64,000 nt of DNA from Octopus vulgaris (lineage: Eukaryota): the NCBI GenBank assembly GCA_951406725.2, contig OX597818.1, forward strand, positions 82,088,001 to 82,152,000, in the 5' to 3' direction. Shown one piece after another: positions 56,746-64,000 of this stretch (position 1 is the stretch's first letter; every line of letters starts with the position of its first letter). The notes beneath the pieces were generated by a model. It had not been told where the DNA came from. It did no database searches and was given only the letters and a program-made list of their open reading frames with translations. The position numbers were made by a program, and so were the translations under genes.

Positions 56746-56750
<5 letters not shown>
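56575..56750 (+). mobile_element. Penelope-type terminal repeat
   Basis: Homologous to the reverse complement of 63122-63260 (gagcgta.gctcga.acgt.aaagact...gagcgt...actaataca...cacctg..ttcgtc). Confidence 0.7.
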
Positions 56751-56810
<60 letters not shown>

Positions 56811-57523
56811 CACTACCATATAAATCATATATACATACGAACACGCAAACATTAACATACAAAGACGCATATATAGAGGAAGTACGAGCACGGAGACATA
56901 TACATCTGATACATAGAATGTAAGTTAGAAATATGTATTGACATCGATAAACACGAATACAGGTGTGTATATGTGTATGTGTGTGTGTGTATGTCTGTGA
57001 GTGTATGTATATACACATACGCACTCATATATACATGTATATACAGGTGTATACGTATTTATGTTTAGGTTCGGGCGCACTTGCGAGTATATGAATGGAA
57101 TATAATATATATATAGGAAGAGAGCTATTGAAGCAATTCCGATATAGAAATATCTATAAAAATTAACATGTATAACTAAATATACATATACACGCACATT
57201 TTTATACATACAGGCGTGTTCAAATATTCATTCACAGTTAATACGCCTCTGCATTGTGCTCACGACCACGATATTAGCCGTATGTTCAAATCATTTGACG
57301 TGAGGAATTGAACGTACGAGGAGCGTACAGGCAAAAACAAATGAAGTGCATTTAATATGCCAAGAGAATTCTATAGATGTTCAGCCCATAATGCTAAGCA
57401 GGTTGAAACTTCGAAGTCATTGTCGACATTGTTATAGTTAAAAAATAATGATGAGGGTGAGGATGATGAAGATAATAATAATAATAATAATGATAATAAT
57501 TATAATAATAATAATAATAATAA

Positions 57524-57996
57524 TTTGGTATAAAAGATGGGCTACAGCAAATATTCTGCTCAATACCACAGATTTGCTTGTCAGTTGTTTGGCCTTAACC
57601 AGTTGAGCATGTCCCTTAGTGGCTGACGATATGTGCATCTCTGATCACGAGCAGAAGTAGTGGGGGAGCATCATGGCCATGTGTTGTGAGGGATTCTTTG
57701 GGGTTTGAATAATTCACCTCTGGAAACATAGGTGTTTCGTTCAACATCCTAAAGCAACCCTTATTCAGGGACCTTTTGAGCAGGATGGGCTACTCAACCT
57801 GAAGAAAATTCTAACTGGGCGCCACCTGCAAGGTCATGTACTGTTTATCTTCATATGAGATCACCATGTCGCGCACTTATGGTTGTGATGCATGTGCCTG
57901 GTGTACCTTTATCAGACGGGTAGTCATGATGGGTATATTGGGCTTCGTATATTTTACCCCAGTGTCACTTTGATGGCATGAACTGCTCTCTCACTC
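57524..57996. mobile_element. ~470-bp non-coding element inserted into a (TAA)n tract
   Basis: Complex, higher-GC sequence bounded on both sides by (AAT)n (57474-57523 and 57997-58080); no ORF or TIR. Confidence 0.6.
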
Positions 57997-58061
<65 letters not shown>

Positions 58062-58080
58062 TAATGACAATAATAATAAT

Positions 58081-58289
58081 TTCTACTAATTGCACAAGGC
58101 CTGAAATTTTGTTGGATGGTACAAGTCGAATACATCGACTTCAGTGTTTCACTGGTACTTAATTTATCGATCGCGAAAGGATGAAAGGCAAAGTCGACCT
58201 CGGCGGAATTTGAACTCAGAACGTAGCGAAGGGTGAAATACCGCTAGGTATTTCGTCTAGCGCGCTAACGATTGTGTCAGCACGCCGCC
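58081..58289 (-). mobile_element. SINE family A
   Basis: actggtacttaatttatcga...ggatgaaaggcaaagtcgacctcggcggaatttgaactcagaacgta...gctaacgatt...gccgcc. Confidence 0.9.
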
Positions 58290-58749
58290 TTGATAATACA
58301 AATAATAATAACAATAATAATAATGATGATGATGATAATGATGCTGTTGATTATGATGATGTACATGTATGCATATGTATATTTAGATATGTGTGTGTTA
58401 GTACGCGCGCGTGTGTTTGTGATTGTATATAAGCTATAGGAGGTCTGCGACTTGAAAGCGACACAAAATCCCGTCTGAAAATTTTTTGTAGAGAATTGTT
58501 GGATTACACTATGTGTGATGTGTGATGCATATATGTATACACAAACACACACACATACATACACACAAATATATATACGTATATATATATATGTGTGTAT
58601 ATATAAATAAATACGCGTTGCTGGTGTCCAGGCAATCTTATTAAGCATACTCCAGATTGCATCAATGCTTTCTGGCTATATCCATTGACTCTTTAGCAAC
58701 AATATGAATAGATTCATATATATAAATAGATCTCATACATATCTATTGT

Positions 58750-59277
58750 TAAATCAGTATTGCTCATAAATATATATAGTTTTGTATAACTGAGTCATTT
58801 GTTTGTCGCATCATCAGCTGATATGGGGCTATGTTGTCTGTTGCTGAGAGAATGTACAGAGTGCTTATGCTGATGGTTATTCAAAGCTGTCTAAGTCTTG
58901 TGAAATTGATGTGTTGGATATGTATCTTTAAATGAGCATTTCTGTGTGTGTATACCACTTAGAAGGTCTTTTTGATAGTCTTACACTTGTTGTGTAGTAG
59001 CAGGTTTATTCTTATCGAGCAGGTTTATCCTTATACATATTCCAATCCCAGTGCGCCTGTCTTTTTGTAGATCCAGGACGTGGTTTCCTTTGTAGTGCAC
59101 ACAGTAGCTATAAATGATTTCTCATCAGATGTGAAAGCAAGAATAAAGCAGGCTTATGCCGGAATATATACTGACTTTGAGACCTTGGCCATTCAGTACT
59201 TTTAGAAGTGTACCTGTGTATAATCTCTTGTGGAATTTACTAAACAGAACCGTCTGCACAGAAGCTTCTGTTATTGG

Positions 59278-59278
<1 letters not shown>
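58750..59278 (-). mobile_element. Penelope-like element 3' remnant (GIY-YIG)
   Basis: Minus frames IIYSYCVHYKG, HWDWN, KDLLSGIHT in GIY-YIG order, followed by a CTGATGA motif (~58811-58817). Confidence 0.4.
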
Positions 59279-59365
<87 letters not shown>

Positions 59366-59425
59366 AGGTTGAAAACAAACGTACCAGTTGATATATATGG
59401 AAACAAATATATATATTTCCATATG

Positions 59426-59462
<37 letters not shown>

Positions 59463-59464
<2 letters not shown>

Positions 59465-59845
59465 TCTTTTACTTGTTTCAGTCATTTGACTGCGGCCATG
59501 CTGGAGCACCGCTTTAGTCGACCCTAGGAGTTATTCTTTATAAGCCTGTACTTATTCTATCGATCCCTTTTGTCGAACCGCTTGGTTACGGGGAAGTAAG
59601 CACACCAGCATCGGTTGTCAAGCGATGTTGGGGTGACAAACACAGACACACAAACACACACACACATATACATATATATATAGACATATATTACGACGGG
59701 CTTCTTTCAGTTTCTGTCTACCAAATCCACTCACAAGGATTTGGTCGGCCCGAGGCTATAGTAGAAGACACTTGCCCAAGATGCCACGCAGTGGGACTGA
59801 GCCCGGAAGCATGTGGTTGGTAAGCAAGCTACTTACCACACAGCC
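59463..59845 (-). mobile_element. SINE family B
   Basis: Same head, body and tail as 55845-56249. Confidence 0.93.
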
Positions 59846-59946
59846 GTATGTATGTATGTATGTATGTATGTATGTATGTATGTATGTATGTATGTATGTA
59901 TGTATGCATGCATGCATGTATGTATGTATGTATGTATGTATGTATG

Positions 59947-59980
<34 letters not shown>

Positions 59981-60004
59981 TGTATGTATGTATGTATGTA
60001 TTAA

Positions 60005-60755
60005 GAAGGAGGCAGTCAACGTTTTGGATAATTCTTCATCTCTGCTTTCGTTCGTACGATCGAACTCTTCAAGACAATGCACAGAAAATGTCTTCATTGT
60101 TTATATAAATGGAAAAGTGGATGTCGTTTTGTTTTGTTTAGAAGACGACAAATTTTGTTTGTGTTTTTTTTTTAAGAAAGGGAGAAAGAGAAAAAGATAG
60201 GAAGAAGGGCAAGCAAGAAAGTGAAGGAAAAGCAAAGAGGAGAGGAAGCGGAAAGGAGGAAATGAGAAAGAGATGCTTTCGAAACTAATGACTGAGTCAA
60301 GAATGACATGTGGAATTACAATTTAATTTCAATGGGTTGACCACATATGCATCACTTTTATAATCCTAATGTGTATATTTGAAAATAGGTTAATATGTAT
60401 ATAATAAGAGAGGTGGAGGAAAAGAGAAAGAGATGCTTTTGAAAACAATGACTGAATCAAGAATAACATCTTCAATTGTAATTAACTTTCAATGGGTTGA
60501 CCACATTGATAAAATATAATTGAAAAGAAACCTCATTCTCTCTTCCTTTCCTCTTTGTGTTTCTTTCTCTTTCTTGCTTGTCCTTCTTTTCTTTCCCATT
60601 TTCTCCCTTTTTCCAAAAACCAACATTTCTCCTCTTCAAAACAAAACAAATGAACATCCTCTTTTCGATTTGTATAAAAGGAGACTTCGATTGGAGGGAA
60701 CAAAACGCTAATGAGGAATTATCCAAAATTATCCAAAATTCTGATTGCCGCCTTC
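60005..60755. mobile_element. TTAA-flanked non-autonomous element with long imperfect TIRs (Kolobok-like)
   Basis: TTAA|gaaggaggcagtca...ttttggataattc / gaattatccaaaa...tgattgccgccttc|TTAA; inverted similarity extends ~230-250 bp; internal direct repeats at ~60254-60346 and ~60414-60507. Confidence 0.78.
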
Positions 60756-60775
60756 TTAATATACAATCTGTACAC

Positions 60776-60850
<75 letters not shown>

Positions 60851-62322
60851 ATATATATATATATACACTCAAAGGTGTAAAAACACCATATTTGCCAAAA
60901 TTCGCTACCTCTTGGATTCCCAAAATCAATGTATCTAGCTCATTAGTCGTTAAGAATGGGAAATATCTAAGTATTCAGGTATCTCTAAAGGTGTAAAGAA
61001 AATGATAACGACATCCATCTAGGATGATCGAATGAGCTAGGTTCCACTTAGTCACAGGAGCTGTGCTAAGCCCAAAAGATAAGAGCTCAGAGCTACAGCT
61101 GGTTAAAATTTAGATGATCAGAGGAGATTTGTGATTAGTGTTTATAGAACACCAGCCTGAAACTAGACTGACACTGGAATTGAGAGTCAAGTATGTCTCG
61201 TGATATCTTGCAGTGGCTATCATATTTTACGGCATATAATTCGAAATCTCCACATCAAATTTTACAGACAAAAATTGGCATATGGATTTACAGTACGAAG
61301 AAGGCGTTGCAAGGCCAAAAATATCTCGTGAATACAGCAAGATTTGGAAAGCTAGAGATGATATTTCAATGTTTACCTTACAGGTCTATACTATATGCTA
61401 TGTCAACGGAAAATATGGCATGTCAGAATACGAACCACTGTACTGTCAGCTGTTACTTTTTCTCAATGCTTTACTGATGCAAAAAGCCGTTCCATCGCAA
61501 AGTAATATTGGCGAAAAATAGAAATTGTAAATGTGGTTTAACAAGTTCTAATGCCATTTAGACATCAAGGTATCATTAATACTTACACTAAAAGACATTG
61601 ATCGAAGGGGTAAATTTTCCCTTTTGTATCATAACATAATTACAATAATTCGTTTCCCTTTCATCCATTATTAATAACGTTCTCATCAATTTACCCTGCC
61701 CCCACTCCATCAAACCAACCGCCACAATATTAAACTTACGTTGAGTAGCTGATGAAATTACAAGAAGAAACGGCTTGCCACATTACACGGACATCTATTC
61801 ACGAAGAAGTGTGAAATCAAAATGGTGGATACAGGTTCTCGCTATTATAAAAGCCACTCAGTAATATGACAGAAACATCGCTGGTCGAATTTAATGGAGA
61901 TGGTAGCGGTGGCAAGGATGGTAAGGTGGTGATTGGAAATACTTGCTGTGATTGTGGAGATGAAAGTGACTTTTCGATAATTGTAGTTGTGTCTGTAGTG
62001 TTAAGTGGTAATGGAAGTAAGGATCTGGGATTAATATTTGAGGTGGTTATTATGACATATAGCCATGGTTATACTGTTGGTCATGATATTGGTGGATACA
62101 GTAAAGCGTTGGTTGTTGTTACTCACTTCCGGTCTCATGGGAACGACGTTAAGGCTTATACACACGCACGTATAGATGTATCAGTGCGTATCTGTTACTG
62201 GCTGCACATATATGTGTATATACGTATGCATGCATAGATAGTTAGATCTATCCATCTGTCTGTCTATCTAGCTATCCATCTATATATATATACAGGCACA
62301 TATATGTCTGCGAGTGTGTATA

Positions 62323-62360
<38 letters not shown>

Positions 62361-62440
62361 CATTTCTATCTATCTCTCTGTCTCTCTGTCTCTCTATCTG
62401 TCCGTCTATCTATCTGTTTCTCTCTCTCTCTCTCTCTCTC

Positions 62441-62494
<54 letters not shown>

Positions 62495-63076
62495 GACACA
62501 CACATGCGCACACACACACATATGTATGTGTAGATACGAGTGCATGCATGTATGCCTGTCTGTGTGGGTAAGTATACACGTGTGTGTGTTTTAGCACACG
62601 CACGCGAAATTGTTTGTGTGCGTGTGTGCGCGTGCTTGTGCGTGTGCGCGAGTGCGCATGCGTGTCTAATTGTACGTGTGATTGAGTGAGTGAGTGAGTG
62701 AGTAACTGACTGACTGACTGATTGACTGGCTGACTGACTGAGTGTGCCTGGATTCAGGATACGCCATAATGTTTCGGAAATCCATGTTTGTTTCACAAAG
62801 GAGAAGTCCCAAATTCTAACCCATTGTATTGAAGCTTGCGCAGAAAACAGTAAACATAAACTATAGGGAGCTACATTAAAAGCTTTTGTTTGAAGCATAT
62901 ACATTGAAACGATGAGGTGCTCCGACGCTATTTTCAAGGATGAAGAGTGCATGGTGTTTGAAATTTATGGACCAAACGATGTCACACTTTGTAACATTGG
63001 ATTTTACTGGGTTATATTTCATGCTTACAATTGTGTGTGAGATGTCGTTTTGTTTTGTTTTGATTTTGTTTATGTG

Positions 63077-63121
<45 letters not shown>

Positions 63122-63123
<2 letters not shown>

Positions 63124-63300
63124 TTCAAAATTTACAGAAATCAAAAGACGGAGGCAGGTGAGGGAAGCAGCTGTATTAGTTTGACGCTCGGTAAGAATAG
63201 AAAAGTCTTGGACGTTTCGAGCCTAGGCTGTTCGACAGAAAGGGTTGAGAGGTAAAATAATGGACAGGGAACGAAAAAACAATGAAATGACCGCAAGAAT
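63122..63300 (-). mobile_element. Penelope-type terminal repeat with a hammerhead-like motif
   Basis: Minus strand cttt-CTGTCGA-a-cagc-ctag-gctc-GAAA-cg-TC-caag; paralogue at 56575-56750. Confidence 0.7.
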
Positions 63301-64000
63301 GAAGCTGCGAGAAAGTGAGATAATAACGGTAACCCGCCCCTTCTAGGGTGCGCAGTCGCATGTGTGTATGTGAGAATAGTGTGTGTGAGTGTGTATGTGT
63401 GAATAGAGGCGAGCGCCTGTGAAAGTATGCGTGGGCAAGCATAAAATTATGTGCCTATATGTGCGTATGGTAGCGTGTGTGTCTGTATAAGTTTCGAGTA
63501 TTTGCGTGTGTGCGTATGGAAGTGTGTATGTTATGTGTATATTATATGTGTAATGCTATCAGAAACCCGCACGCTCGTGTGTGTGTGTGTGTGCAAACGC
63601 TTGCGCATACCCGTTAATGTGTTCTCGTTCCAGTGCTGAGAGAACATGTGCGTATGTGTGAGTTAGTGCACGAAGTGTACGTCTACGTGACGTTATAGTG
63701 TGAGTGTGTATTGTGTATGTGTATGTGTGAAAGTTGTGTGTGTTTATGCGTGTCGTGTGCGTTTGTATATTGTCTGTGTTCAGGCGTGTGCAAAATGAAA
63801 TAATTCTGTTTTGTAAATGATTCTCAAAGAACCTAAATATAATAAATAATATAGAAATATCTGGTTTACATTAGTTATTCCAACCAGAAGAGATTTTTCA
63901 ACCCGATACCTAAATATCATTATTTATAGCATTTATGTACTTCAAGAACCAATTCAGGAAAGGAATTATTTCACATCCTCTCGAAACTTTATAAATTCTT

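Overview
Eukaryotic, AT-rich, extremely microsatellite-dense DNA with no intact protein-coding gene that I can support. The SINE families, (TA)n/(CA)n/(CAT)n/(CTA)n density and transposon mix look like an octopus/cephalopod genome; this is inference from pattern recognition, not a database search. Nearly all ORFs in the track are translations of simple repeats. The real content is decayed mobile DNA: an internally deleted Gypsy-type LTR element (3154-5490, minus) with a MITE in one LTR, a Helitron RepHel remnant with its 3' hairpin/CTAG end (17383-19445, minus), three non-autonomous Helitron-like elements, six Tc1/mariner-superfamily relics (one with DD37D/maT spacing), hAT- and TTAA-type non-autonomous elements, LINE fragments (R4/Dong-like RLE, L2/CR1, RTE, L1-like), Penelope-like remnants and more than 25 tRNA-derived SINE copies. 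The most interesting signals are several hammerhead-ribozyme-like motifs with non-canonical cores in Penelope-type repeats (one inside a 278-bp palindrome), a TTAA-flanked long-TIR foldback element, and a ~470-bp element inserted into a (TAA)n tract. I found no convincing new multi-gene system.
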